This document shows, in pieces, positions 50,240 to 63,968 of a stretch of 64,000 nucleotides of DNA. A program made the translations under genes and the position numbers. The first letter of the stretch is position 1. Every line of letters begins with the position of its first letter. Source of the stretch: Stylophora pistillata (taxonomy: Eukaryota); assembly GCF_002571385.2 (NCBI RefSeq), contig NW_019218259.1, positions 78,268 to 142,267 of the forward strand, written 5' to 3'. The notes under the pieces were generated by a model. The model saw nothing but the letters and a program-made list of their open reading frames with translations. It did no database searches and had not been told where the DNA came from.

Positions 50240-53200
50240 TTAGTCTGTAACATCAATGATAAGAGGTGTTATAAATTCACTGTGACGGATTCCAAGTGAG
50301 AATTTTGGAGCAGCGGGTTTGTTCATGTACACCTTCTCAGGGCTGTGGGCTCCCGGTCCAGGCTTTTGAGTAGAATCTGCAGAGAAAGGGAGTGCAAGTT
50401 ATGTTGTTCTTCATATCTTTTCTATTATTATTATTATTATTTTTTGATAATGGTACAGGAAGATGTTGTAAGAAACTTCATCTTTGTAAAACTAGCTGCT
50501 CATATGTAAATATAAAATAAAATATAGTTTATATCTGACCACTTGCAGCCCAGAGGCTGAATTACGGGTGCAGTGTAAGGTTGAGAACAGACGTCAGCAT
50601 ATCAGGCGCCTCTGGCAGCCGCTTCAGTCTATCGACCTCACCTTCCCACCCATCCCACCCCAGGGAAGGACATCCATCACACAGTAATCTCGTGTGTGGG
50701 AAATTAACGTCTCCTACCCCAACCCTGCTGGAGATGGGACCTCCATTTATTCGTCCCTATCCGAGAAGACTAGAATATCTAACCATTTCTTGATGTTATA
50801 GAAAGGTAGCAAATTCTTCTCAATTATTTTAAGACCTTGAGTGTTGGTTCGGCCAGGGCTCGAACCCTCGACCTCCTGCACAACAGTCCAGCACTCTATC
50901 CAATGACCTAACCGGGAGGCGGTTAACAGTAAAAGAAAGGGGATAATTTCATATCATAAATTGGGTGTCAATCTCTTTGAGAAACAATTTCACTGAAAAA
51001 TTGTAATTCACATTTGAAATCAATTACTAGGTAATTTAAGAAGCTGCATAAAAAAATTCATGAAAAAAAAATTGTAGTAAGCACACAGTGGGAAATGGAG
51101 CTTCTGGGTGCATCAGCATCACCACAAGAAATCCCTGCAGCACGCTAACATCAATTTGTTTACTCTGATTTTTTTTTTCCTGGCGCGATGGACTTAGCCA
51201 AAAAAAAGGGACTTCTCCTAGTCTACTGCACAAGATGATATTGATTACACTTGAAGTACTTACCTCCTGGCATGTAACTTCTAGCATTCATGGAATAAGC
51301 TGGGTCTCTCTTTTTGTAGATAATTGGATCAACTGTGCGATAATTTCCAGGCCCAGGGGTCTTAGCAAGATCCTCAGCAAATCCACCTGCCTTGGCTCTT
51401 CCAGTCATAGAGTATGATGCTGATGAGAATTTGTTTGGGATCTTTGATCCAAGTTGCGTTGGCAACGAGTAAGAGTTGGGTGATGGGGTGGAGTCCCCTA
51501 AAGGGATAAAAGACAAAAAACAGTTAGTATGACTCGAAAAAATTGCAGGAGTTTCCCAAGTGTTGATTCTAAAAGTGTCAAATGTGAACCCAGAAGGCAA
51601 AGCAAACCACATTTGCTAAGTTTGGGCTCAGAGGAAGAAAAGGTGAATTAAAAAAAGGCCAAGTCCCCCCAAGAAAAATCAAAAGTTAACCAGTTATTAG
51701 TACCTGGTCTAATAATTTTACCATGGGAGAATGAACAGATAGACAAGATGTAAATTTCCTTAACAAATTGATAAGAGTTTGTTATTTGGTAGCCATGCAG
51801 GCTTTCACTTAACATCTCACTGCTCTCTTACGTTTTCTGTATCTTGTTCGCGAGCCACATGACCATGCTGGGGCATATCTCTCTCCTTGAGGGTGGACCT
51901 TCTCTGGGGAGTAGGACCCTGGTGCTGGTGTCTTGAATGACACTGAAAGGTGAAGAGGAAAATGATTAAATTTTTAATCATAGAAATGTGCTGTACATGT
52001 CTTAATTTGTGTTTCTATACCACATTTATGTAGTCCGTTAATTAAGTTTTCTTTTTAAGTATGTATGATGTTGTAATCAATCTGCTTAGAGGAGCAATTG
52101 AATTTGTGTTTTTTCCTTTAAATAAATTTTCTTTGTTTACCAAACTTTTCTGAAAAACTTTTCAAATTGGAGTACCTGGCTATGTGGGGTAGTTGACAGT
52201 GTTGATTACACCCACTGGGTTAATTATTCAACAACATTTAGCTTTTAATTCTCTTCAAACACCAAGAGGCTGAAGTTTCTAATTTACAGACACCCTGGAT
52301 GTCCCCCATGGTATATTCTTCCATAACTTATCTTACTGATGGATTGTGACTGACTAACTAAACATAATGGGAAATTTTGGGTGTTGCATTAAAAAAAAAA
52401 GGTTCATTACTAAGATAAAAAGAAAAAAAGGCTTAAATCCTCATATTAATTAATATTTTTGGACAGGTGAACACTTGCAATGCTTTCAACCAGCAAAATT
52501 TACATATATCATAGAAGTACAATTGGGATTCAAACACTTGGTTGAAAACTACACCATACATCATCCACATAGATACAAAACGTGATGAAACAAAAATGAA
52601 ATCAAAACATACATTTATATATTTTTTGAAATCTAACAAATTCCATAATTGTTCATTAGATATTCAGAATTGACAGTTGGAATTCCGTTTTTCAAAGACA
52701 AATATCGAGTTTTATCTCTGCATCTCGGAAAGACTCCATCTTTTAACATGAGATAACTTGAAAGCTTTGAGTCTCATGTTTTCAAGTAAATCTTTATTTC
52801 TCACGAAAGAAGCAGAAACGATAAAACCGAATATTGGCTCAGCTAGCCTACGCAAGGCGACATTTAGTCAATTCAGGTTAAATATTGATAAAGACCTGCT
52901 GGTACTTTTTGGAGCAGATGCATGTATAATTATATTCTTTCAAAATGGTAATAAGGCTCAGTCGTAGGTGTAGCTCCGAGTAGCAATTGTTTTTTAGCGA
53001 AAGCTACTTACTTGCATCTTTCTGTCGCCCCAGGATGGAATAACTTGGCGTTCCATCAACTCCGTCCCTTGTTATACGAGGATCAACTTTATACCCAGGT
53101 CCAGGGCTGCAGTCTTTCCTGAACACTAGTGACAAAAATACATGTAAAATTCATGAGCCGCGTTTAATTTACCGTAAACTTTAGTGCATGTTGACAGTTC

Positions 53201-54293
53201 GAACTGCGGGAAAACTCCACGGCGAAAACAACACTGACTCCGTCGATCGCAGAATTTCCAACGCGTACTTACTTGAATTTTCCAAGCGATGACCGAAGGA
53301 ATAAGCTGGCTTTCTGACTCGTCTACAGTCATGTTGTTGATGTCCCAACATCGAAGGGAGTCCATATCGACCGGGCCCGGGGCCTAAAATGCGGGTGGAT
53401 GAAATGAGATATGTCCTTAGTGATTCTAACTCTTAAAGTGTAAACAATTCATGATAAATGTCGAAAGCTATAAAATACATTGCCTTAATTACCACATTTC
53501 GAGCAAACAGTTTCGGATCGATCGAAAAGTATTCAAATGTCTCGGTAGCCTTCGAATGGAGAGAAAGAGCTATTGATGATAACAAAGTGTCAGTGTAACC
53601 AATTAACGGTATGCCTGCCAGTAGCTTCTAATAATAGTCCGGAAAATACATCGCGAGGCAGCTGTGTAGACACAAAGCCGCCGAAAGGTTTGTTTTGTGA
53701 AATAGAAAGTAAAGACATACCCTAATTCACTTCCTTGGCCATTGATCATGAAAACGATATCACATTCAGTATATTTGAATCCAAAATTTTGAAATAATAA
53801 TCGAAAATTGCGTGTTGCATTGATAGTTTTGAAGCCGCACAGAAATGTAATTAAAGATGTCTCAAAGATCTGAACAAATTTCACTAACTTTAATTTTTCT
53901 CTACTCTCCTAATTTCTCTTCTAATATGGGTTGATGAGTACAGACAAAAGATTGATATGGTTCTCGCCATGATCAAAGTTTGTTGATGGAAGAATTTAAA
54001 GGTGAACGCGTGGCTTCGAACATGCCACGCTTCACCTGGTTGTGACTTAAAAAGTTTTACGAAAATTATTCGCAGAAAAACCCATCCACCTGAGAAAACC
54101 TATTAGAGAAGAAATTTTCTCGGTATAAAAGTAATTTCAACATTCGAAGCACTTTTCAATGATCCATCCACCGCGCTTTCTAAGTTGAAGCTACTTGACT
54201 CGAGTTGAGAACTTATAATTCCGCCTGGTCTCACTCACCTCTTTCTCTCGCAGCAATCTGTAAAACTTTTTCCTCGTTTTGTTCGGTGGTCAT
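50240..54293 (-). CDS. ODF3: Outer dense fiber protein 3-like / SHIPPO (PGP-repeat) ciliary protein, 6 exons
   Basis: Exons 54239-54293, 53273-53383, 53012-53125, 51832-51942, 51264-51497 and 50240-50376 splice in frame: [86 protein letters not shown]. Confidence 0.92.
50505..50924 (-). mobile_element. tRNA-derived SINE, copy 2 (in the last ODF3 intron)
   Basis: Same head and central domain as copy 1, with a different 3' tail ending in (TATTT)-like repeats. Confidence 0.85.
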
Positions 54294-54428
54294 ATCTCCT
54301 TAATCTTAGACTTAAAAGGTGGGGTATTATTCCTTGAAAAGTTGCCGAAAAAACCCAGGATCTCAGCGCCGCGAATTCCGATGCGATTCTGCCACCTCCT
54401 CTTTGCGAACGAAAACTTTTCTAACAAC

Positions 54429-54472
54429 GTCTCCAAGATACCGGTTTCCCTAGCAACATCACCCTTAGCAAC
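54429..54472. promoter_or_regulatory. Cluster of RFX X-box-like motifs upstream of ODF3
   Basis: GTTTCCCTAGCAAC (54444-54457) flanked by GTCTCCAAGATAC and a TAGCAAC half-site, ~135-180 bp upstream of the ATG. Confidence 0.7.
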
Positions 54473-56344
54473 ACGTAAACATTTAATCCATTTCCGGTCA
54501 TGTGTATTTCCGGTCTCAACTTTCTCGACCATTAGACAAGTCCAAATGAAACTTCAATTTCAGAAAGTTATAAAAGAAAAAATTTGATTGATGAATAAAT
54601 CCATTGGACTATGCGTAGCTTTATTCCAGCTATTGTTATGCAATCGTAAAAAGAGTTATTTTCACTTGACCGCAAACACTTCAAACTTTTTCAGACAAGA
54701 CTAATGAGATGCACGCTGAGACATCAAAAAACGTAAGAACTGGTCACGAAATTACGAAGAATAGTGTTTTTATCCTCAAAAATAGATCTTCTATATCAAA
54801 ATAATTCTTGAAGATTATTCCAGTCTGTGGTTTGAATTTATCTGGCTATTTACAGCGCGCAAATTGAAAGATTTGGTGAAAACTATCGGTGATCACATGG
54901 AAATCAGATGAGACTTCTTGACCGCGTGGAGCTGATTTGCATATCAGGCAGTGACACAAACTAACAGGCCATGCAAGATTTTATCATCAATTGAATCGCT
55001 GAGATAGCAAAAGTTGTCTGACTCGGCATTAACGTCAACAAGTTGACAGAAACGACTCTTTGTCTTTTTTCTTTATGAAAAGCCAAGCAAACTTACCATT
55101 TCGCAATGAAACAAAAGTAGATGACACGAGAGTGATTATCGCAGTGATTATTGAACACTACTTAAGCGGGAGTGAAAATGCAAGCCTTAATTTCAGGATT
55201 GATTTTCACTACTGCCTTAGTGGTGTTCGTAACGGCCATGATCACCATCACATTTATTAATCCGTACCTCAATTATATGATATTCCTATATTCGCAGTCG
55301 TTAAAATAAAAGTAGCTTAGAAATGTGGACGCCGATAGTTTTGTCTTAAATTAACTCTCCTGTTGTCATCAGTTCAAGCGATCGATCGGTTTTTATCCTT
55401 TTTCTCTCAGGAGTGGAAGAGAGTTCATGTAGACTGGGTACTAGTACCAGTTACCAGCCGACGTCAGAGCAACAAAGCGTAACCTTCCTTGTCTCTCTTA
55501 TAATGTGGAAAAAAGCGAAGAAACGATCAGCGGTTGTCTTCCTTGCTATTTACCCTGACAACCGCCAAACGACGTGCATGCGCTGTTTCACTCGTGCGCC
55601 ATTTCACTCTTAGGCTAGGCTCGACTAAAGGTATCCAGTCTTTTCGCCGAAGAGCGAGTTTGCTGGTCGATTCACCAACATACTAAGACGAGTTATTCTG
55701 CTTTATTAAGTTATGCTTTCACACTTTTTGAATACAAAATAAAGAGGAAATACAGAGAAAACTGAACAACCCTTGCAGTCAATATTTGAGTACAGTGAAA
55801 AGTAAGTTCACCCTATTTTTGTGAAGAGTCAGTTAACCGACGCTTTCTTTCTTCCCTTGTTAGTTTTATCTCGCTATTAAAGCCAGATCAAAGCCAGTTC
55901 AATCAAAAACAAACTTCTTGCGATTTCTTTTGAAGGGTGGAAACGAAATGAAAGAAAAGTTTAGTTTATAGCTGATCGTCGCGTTCTCAGTGCTGTTCAT
56001 TTGTCTTCGCATGTGGTTGACTGTAAAGCTAAGGGAAAGACGATAGAATCATCAGAAATATTTATAAAGTCAACTAATGAAAAAGTATAGAGTTAAAGAA
56101 AACGTCATTGGAAAATTTTTCGTTTTATCTTTTGTCGGCGAGCTAGTAATGACACGTCGGCAAATCGACCGGGGTTGTCGGCGACGTGGAAGTCGGCGAG
56201 CTAGCACATCGGCGAAACGAACATAAACCCGATCAAGAGCCCCGAACAGGCTCAGCTTGACAACAAAGGCCCTGTCAGCCTAACGTCTTGTGAAACCCTG
56301 TGGAGCATCTTTTGACAGAACCTGTAGAGTATCCAATGTGTAGC

Positions 56345-56720
56345 CGTACCCTTCCCAGTTTCGTTTCTCCTGGGTAAGGGAGGGGGTAGTATGGCTTCAC
56401 GTTGGCTATCTATAAGGCCACGCACGCGCTTTTATTAGAAAAACGTGGATAATCATTCCTGTACGAGGACCTTTAAAGATGGCACCAGCTGGGCCGCGGA
56501 GCGAGAAGCGATTTGAAGGAAGAAAGTATCCTTCCCCCTTCTATTTCTCCTGAGTGGGGAAGAGGGAGGGGAGTATGGCTACACGTAGGTTAAATATATA
56601 CGGCCACGGACGCGCTTTTATTAGACTTATTCGAAAAACGTGGATAATCAATCCTGTACGAGGATCTTTGGCGATGGTACCAGCTAGGCCAGGGAGCGGG
56701 AAGCGATTTGAGAGAAGAAA
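56345..56720. repeat. Diverged ~185-bp direct tandem duplication
   Basis: Both halves contain tttctcctg..gagggg..gtatggct..ggccacg.acgcgctttta..aaaaacgtggataatca.tcctgtacgagga..gaagcgatttga. Confidence 0.8.
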
Positions 56721-57626
56721 AAAAGAAAGAAAAAGAACGGCTGTCATATCATAAAATGCTTTTTGACTGAGTTAGCGGTCGGGCAAGACCCAAATATTTG
56801 GAACGGCCCTCACGCACCCAATGCGCTCAGACCCTTTGTCTGATCCTCTCATTTAGTCGTGTTATTGACGAGTCTCTGCCCTAACATGAATTTTAAAGTA
56901 TTTTCGGAAGCTCTAGGATTTCACCATAACTGATTTCTCACGCTTTAATCACGCTCCTGAAGTATTTCGCATTTGTTTTCTTTTCTTGCTTTATTTGTTC
57001 TTAAAATAGAACTCTCTATGGCCAGAGGCAACTTTATAAATATTTCCATCAAAAAAAACATTGTTTCTGTCCTTCAATAGCTAATTACGACCATGGTCTG
57101 TTCGCGCTTAATGTAATAACTCAGAGTTTAAGTCTTCGTTATCACAATTAATGGAAAGGATGGCTTCCATACCGTCTCTATTAATTATTTTGCCTGGCCT
57201 ATTTCGGCCGTTGAGCATTAAACTATTTAAAAGCATTCCAAGGAGATTAAGTCTTTAAAAAAATAACGAAACGCTGATTGGCAATTAAATCCCGCTTCCC
57301 TCCATGGACCATGGAGGAGAGTTTGGATTTCGCATTCTTAATATATCAATTTCTTTGAAATCAATTTTGATGCTTTAAAACTGTCAGCTAATAATTTAAA
57401 TTACTTGATTTACTTCTTGCAAGCGTTTTATCTCTTTGTCCTTTATGCCAGGCTTGCACGAAGCTCAATTTTTCCTAAATATTCTTCGTCGTTAAAACGG
57501 ATTGTCTCGATTTAATATCCGACGGTTTCCGATGACCATTCGTTGTCGTACATTTCAAGTGTAGCTTGATTGTGACCAGTTTCGCTGGTTGCGCATTGAA
57601 TTGTTAAAAATCCGCCATCATTTTTG

Positions 57627-60600
57627 TCAGGATCTTGGGTCTTGACAGGTCCTACAACATCTGTCTTTCCAGTGTTTAAACTGACAAAATTTGTGCAAAA
57701 CAACCAACTTGCAAAAATACGTATCCCTGGCACTTTCCGAACAGTTTGATTTTGTTTGAGTACGATTCTCTACTACAAAACAGACAGAAGAAACATAACG
57801 CATTAACAATTACGTCTTTCCTAACTGTAACATTTTCCTATGTGAAGTCTGTCATCACATAGGGTTTAAGTTTCTAAAGAAATCGTGGTGCTACGTCTGT
57901 GGGAGTAACAAGGTAACTTTGGTTTTATCAACTGAGTTGATGGTGTAAATTAGCCACCGTAAAGAGTTTCGAAGCTGAAACGCTGTTTCAAGCATTAGCC
58001 CTTCGTCAGAAAGAACGGCGAAGGGTTAACGCTCGAAACGTCATCTTTGAAACCCTTTACGGTGGCCAATTTACAATATCAACTCAGTTGATAAAACAAA
58101 AATTACTTTGTCATCAAATAGGATCTTCGCTTGGCTTAGTCTACGGGATAATTAGTATATGGAATGATTGAAACAGGGATGTATTAAAATGAGCAGTACT
58201 CGAGGAAAAAAAACTAATTGTACTAGTAAAAAGAGCTTACCAGTTCTTTTGTTGGGACAGTCCTTCACATAACATTTCTCTTGGACTTTTGGTTTATCGG
58301 CCATGGAACAGTGTCTCAAAACTATACCTTTTTCCACAGTCTTACATCTCACACTGCGCTTTCGTGTTCCACTTCCGCACGACGTTGAACACTGAGAAGA
58401 AAAAAATTTTGAAGAAAGTTCGCGTAGGAACTTAAATTTGTTCAGTTAAGGAGCCTAGGTGTGGACTGAGAGCAGTTCCTCCTCTTCTTCGTTCATTGCA
58501 GAAGTCCGAAAAATTCAGGGAATAAAAATTGATGATAGCGCGCCGCGCGAAGCTCTGGGGGTGAGGCACAAGAAAAGAACTCCTCCCAGAGTTCCACACA
58601 GCGCACAACTATCTTTTATTTTCTTTCCGCTAATTTTTTTTTTTACTTGCGCGACGGACTGCTCATAGTCTAGATAAAGTACAGAGCAATGTTCGACCAA
58701 AAAAGGTTTCCAATGCGACAAACCTTTCTGCGTTCTAGAATTTATACACTGATTTTGTGAGAGAATGACTTGTGCAAGGATTTTCATAAAATTGCAGCCT
58801 TTATTGCTTCCACCAGGACAATCGAAACGAGAATCGGTTCTTGGATGAAAACGACCTCGGTCCGATTTAGACTTTGTATCTATATCATTGTTTCTTAAAA
58901 TGACAATTATCCTTCATCGATCAAAATCGGAAGTTCAAAGCTCTCCTTCTGAAAAACAGAAGAATGTACCATTAAAAATATCAGCGGCGTTATTGAAAAT
59001 GAACGAGAGTAAAGTACTAAAAATCTTAGACCCTAAGAAGTTTTCAAAATTCTGTACTGAAAACGTACAGTTACTTCCTGACAGTTCCTGGAGGTATCGA
59101 GTAGTAATCTGTCCATAGATGTCAGAAAAAAAGGTGTGAAATTTGCTTTGAATTCTCTTTATTCAATCATCTGAGTTTTCGTTTTTGTTTTTACCGAACA
59201 GTTTGGCCAATAAGACAAATGGGCAAGAGCGTAATTCCTCCTCACTTACCTTGGACCACGGCCCAGTCTGCCATTTAGCACAATCTTCCATCGTACATTT
59301 TCTAACGTGTGGTGGTTTCAGCTCTTTGCTGCACAGTAGATTTGATTCTGCGCAATGAACGCGCCGAACTTGATTCCCTTTACCACAAGTCACCGAACAC
59401 TGTAGGTGAAAAGAAGAACATGGTAACATCATATACTGAAAAATAATTGAACCATTAAAGCCAGTTGCTGATTGATTTAATAAGGTTTTATGAGAGTGTT
59501 TTAACAGTATACAAATCATACCTTACTCCAGGGACCCACTGACCATTTAAGGCAGTCCTGGCCATTGCAGTATTTTTTCAAGCTTGAATTTTTCCCTGCG
59601 TCTCTGACGTCTTCTCCCCGAAGATTTACAAGAAAAATGTTGTTGGCCTGTGCAAAGACATGTTTTTTTTTTGATAAGGAGTTTGATCATTGCGCGGGTC
59701 TCCATGTTATGACAAAGCGCTTTTCGATGGTGTGTCATGAAACCAAAACCAAAAAAAAACTCAACGTCCACGAGCGGAGGGAAATAGGGCAAGCAGCAAG
59801 TGACAAGCAAACTGCGTGAAGCGCGGGAAAATGAGGTGTGAAGTTCGGCTGGTTTTACTTTTTCATCTGATTGGCCGAGGTAATAGAGAAAGTTCTCACG
59901 GTCATTCACAGAGCGAGGTAAAGCAAGACCGATGGACTCCATGAAACTGCCGACGCTCAATTGAAAATTGGTCTAAGAAAAAGACTTCTGGATAACATTA
60001 CAATCGCTTACCGTAGTTTTTGGAGGGAGGGTTATGACGGGACAAATTCCTTCACTACAGTAAGCCCAGGAAATAGGTACAGCTCTACTATCGCACTTTT
60101 CTGTGGGGTCTGCTACTTCACAGGTCACGTTACGTTTCCTGATTCCCTGGCCACAGGACACTGAACACTGACATTGAATAAGCAAAACAGTTTTGATCAT
60201 TATAAATCACACTACGAGGGACTTTCAGTAAGCTGGCTACAGGACACTTAAATTGGTAAAAAAATTTTTTAACAACATTACTTAAGATTTAGAATCATAA
60301 GGAGCAAGCGAGGAGCAAAGGAGTCGTGTTTGACAGTATTTCTTGCTAAATTTATCGTATGATAGCATGATCTTTTCCCATCAAAACAATGATTGTAACT
60401 CCGCAGCTCAAACACATGATTCTCAAATCAATTTACTTAAGTGTCGACAGCCTCTTACCTTGGTCCACTCTCCCACAGTCCATGCCGAGGGGCAAGATTT
60501 CCTAAAACATGTTTTAACGACAGCCGGCTTCTCTCTAATCTTTGCACAATCCTCATCTTTCAAAGCCATTTGTTCATCATTTCCAGAACTTCTTACACAG

Positions 60601-63286
60601 AGCACTGAGCGAATAGAAATCCCTTTCCCACAACTTTTGGAACATTTTTGCCATGATCCTTTCCACCATCTAAAATTGTATGAAGAGTCAAAATGTAACT
60701 TCTAAACCAGTTGGACGACTTCTATCTTTGAACGCACTAAAAATTTCTTCCTTTTTGATTTATTTTCGTTATCTCACGCTCGTGACAGAAAGCTTCCCAT
60801 ATTTATTATATATCTACGGTCAAATAGAGGTAGAGGATTAGACAGCAAACAAACTTTGAATACAGCGAGCCGCACAGTGATAAATGAGCCACTAAATTGA
60901 CCAATCAACTGAGAGATTTAATAAAGGCAGTATCATAGAGCGCTTGCAGAATTTGAACAAGAGAACGTGCAATCCCCCCCTGAGAAATTCATGTTACTTT
61001 GTCATTGTCCCATGTTCCTTAAAATAATGTCAGCTTGTAGAAAAGGGCGAACGCGAAAAGTAACTTCTCGCGTTTCATTCGCGTTTCCCGCCTAAAAAAG
61101 AAAAAAAAAAAAAAAAGATACGCTTGTTTCGCAAGCTGGACAAATTTTTACTATCTTTTCGGGTTCGATTTCATTCACTTTACAAAATTCTCAACGAGGG
61201 TACTGCGACTTTTTGACGATTGCACGTGGACTGATCTGCCTTTCTTTGATTACTACGCCGCTAAACGACAACGTTTAATTCATTTTTAATTCCAGCCCCA
61301 CTAACTTTTATTAACTTAGTTGAATTACTCATAAACTCACGTGGGGGGACAAAGATCTTCATTGCAGGTTTTCTGCCTGTCATCTGGTCTTGGTATGGGT
61401 TTGCAGTATTTATCATCCACTGGTGTACCACTCTCTTCCACACATTCCACTTCAGAGCGAGTGGTGCCTATGAAAGAAATATTTCTAAGGGGAAATCCGC
61501 AGTTGTGTTCTTATTACAAACTCGCGATTTGATTGGCTCGAAGCACACCGGTATTTCAGTCGATGCGAGTCTTAACAAAACACATTTTCCACAGGTAAAT
61601 GATCGTTGTAGGCCTATCAAAGAAACTGTCATGGAGGCTACAGTTATCTTACAGTTACACATCGTGACCATTCTTTTAGTGCCCTTAAATTGAATTCTTA
61701 GAACGTCGACGTAGCTGTTCTGCATGGTAAGGTTAAGCATCACTTTGATTGCAAACGTGAACGGCAATTTTTTTTTTCCGTTTATAATTTCTATTACTTT
61801 TCTTCTCGTCCTCTGAAAGATCCAACAAAAGAAAGAAAAAAGAAAGGACAAAAATGGTGGTGCAAAAGTTCAATTTTTGCTATTTTTCTTTTTGCACAAA
61901 CTTGATTACTGAGTTTGCCTATGTTTCTTACTTACCAACGCCACAAGTAGCTGAACATGACGTCCAAGCACTGTACCTCCACTTGAACACGATTGTGTGG
62001 GTTACTGTCTGGTTCTTGGGAATCGTGTATTCAAACTTAATGCCTGGATTTTTGGTTTGGAAGAGGAGCTTGAGAGAATAAAGAATGGTTTTTCTTGAGA
62101 ACAGCTTTTACCTATTCAAATACTCCCATTGAAGTAATTAATATCTAAGCAAAGCATAAAGATAAACAATCTCAGCTATTTCACGATTCCTCTTCCTGCG
62201 TGAAGTGACAATAAAAGATTTCCTTCAAAAGAGAAAGAGATATCAAGGACTGGACTCAAATTTATGCAATCGAAATTGTCTCCCAACAAACCATAATATG
62301 AAGGTCAACAGTAGTCGGTCCCAGGGCTTGAAAACTTTCCCTGTTGTGTGTCCTTTTGTAGAATACCATGGTACCCCCGGCAGAGTATTCGCCACTCTGT
62401 TGAATATACCAATCGCCATTCAGGTACCATTTACCACTGGACGACCGCAGGGCTAAGTAGTTTGAAGCGCCAGCCACTTCTTCAACGCGGATATTTCTGG
62501 CACCTGCTGGAATGATTTTCGTTTCGACGTATCCTACAAGGTACGTTACAGAGACGGGAAGTCAAAATTTCTTTTCGATTTAGTTTCCTTAAAAACCAGA
62601 TCAAATCCGGGGTTACGTTCCAAAGTTAATTGGTATTCCGCTCCCCGATTTCTTCGCAATTTTCAGGGGTTATGTTCAAAGTGATCAGCAGCTGTAACTT
62701 TGATATATCTATCTAACTGTTTGAAAGAAAGCAAGGAGGTAACTCTCCTATAAAACTGTGGTCCTGTATCGATGCGGGTGATACAAGAAAATTTGGTTTA
62801 ATCAACGGAGTTGGTACCGTGGAGAGTTCATGAAGCTGAGCGGCCACTTCACATAAGTATACTGTATAATCAAACAGTGGATAGCGTTAAAGGCGCAGTC
62901 TAAATTGATTTTCCAAACTCCGATTATCTTTGGCTGTTCACCTTCGAACAACGCGTTTGGGATTTGCGCTCGAAAATCTTGAAATCGTTGTAGAAATGAA
63001 TACGTTAAAATCATCTCTTTGTGCCATATTGTAGCACTGTTTTAGCATGTATTTAAACACTTATTCACCTCACTGTCGGTGGCTGGCGGTGTCGGAAATT
63101 TACCGAGCTGTAAAGCGCTAGCAACCTCCATTGAAGTGAAAAGCTGTTAGTTTTTAAACTAAGTTGATAAAACTAAATTATTTTGGAACTGCTTGAAAGA
63201 TGATTTGATGACGGAGAAGGATGGAGTCAACTTTGTTTCGAATACTAATAACAGTACTTATAATAATAATACCAATAATAATAGTA

Positions 63287-63318
<32 letters not shown>

Positions 63319-63472
63319 TATATTAAAACAAAATTTTAAATACCCATATACCTATTCCAGTTCTCTGGTTAAAAGTTGACTTGACCGTCTCACATGCTGT
63401 TCCATCACCGCGACAAACACCGCATTTGTCCTCTTTAGCACTTGAATGGAGAACATTATCACAACCAACATG
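57627..63472 (-). CDS. ADAMTS-family protein, 3' half (end of Cys-rich domain, spacer, TSP1 repeats, PLAC); 5' part lies beyond the window
   Basis: Exons 63352-63472, 62292-62533, 61936-62068, 61341-61467, 60459-60669, 60012-60167, 59522-59647, 59250-59399, 58241-58391 and 57627-57772. Motifs [40 protein letters not shown], repeated W..CS.SCG.G, and [22 protein letters not shown]. Confidence 0.92.
57890..58110. mobile_element. Palindromic interspersed repeat in the last ADAMTS intron
   Basis: ttttatcaactgagttgat..tgtaaatt.gccaccgtaaag is mirrored by ctttacggtggccaatttaca.tatcaactcagttgataaaa. Confidence 0.7.
63260..63320. repeat. (AAT)n microsatellite
   Basis: Direct reading. Confidence 0.9.
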
Positions 63473-63607
63473 CTACCAAAAATTCAAAGGAAATAGTGAT
63501 GTTCAGATAGATGGGCTCAGGAACAAACGGAAAGATTCAGGACAAATTAGACTCTTCTCCCGACAGCGGGTGAAAATGCATGAATTAAATGTTAAAGCCA
63601 AACGAGA

Positions 63608-63968
63608 AATTTAATTTAATTTATTTAATTTAATTTATTAGATTCGCCGACAGGCAGGGACACCGCAACAGCTTGCACCAATTACTGCGGGCCCAGTAAA
63701 CCCACCCAATCCCACCTCAGGGGAGGACATCCATCGCCATCACACGTTAATCTCGTGTGTGAAAAATTAACGTCTCCTACTTCCAACCCTGTAGGAGAAG
63801 GGACCTCCATTTATTCGTCCCTATCCGAGAAGACTAGAATATCTAACCATTTCTTGATGTTGTAGAAAGGAAGCAAATTCTTCTCAATTATTTTAAGACC
63901 TTGAGTGTTGGTCCGGCCGGGGCTCGAACCCTCGACCTCCCGCACAACAGTCCAGCGCACTATCCACA
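63608..63968 (-). mobile_element. tRNA-derived SINE, copy 3, with (TAAAT)n tail
   Basis: Same head and central domain as copies 1 and 2, with a third distinct 3' tail. Confidence 0.85.

Noticed and set aside
54600-57500. Additional gene between ODF3 and ADAMTS
   Set aside because: Only short ORFs without recognisable motifs or a consistent exon chain; the region looks like UTR/intergenic DNA with repeat fragments.
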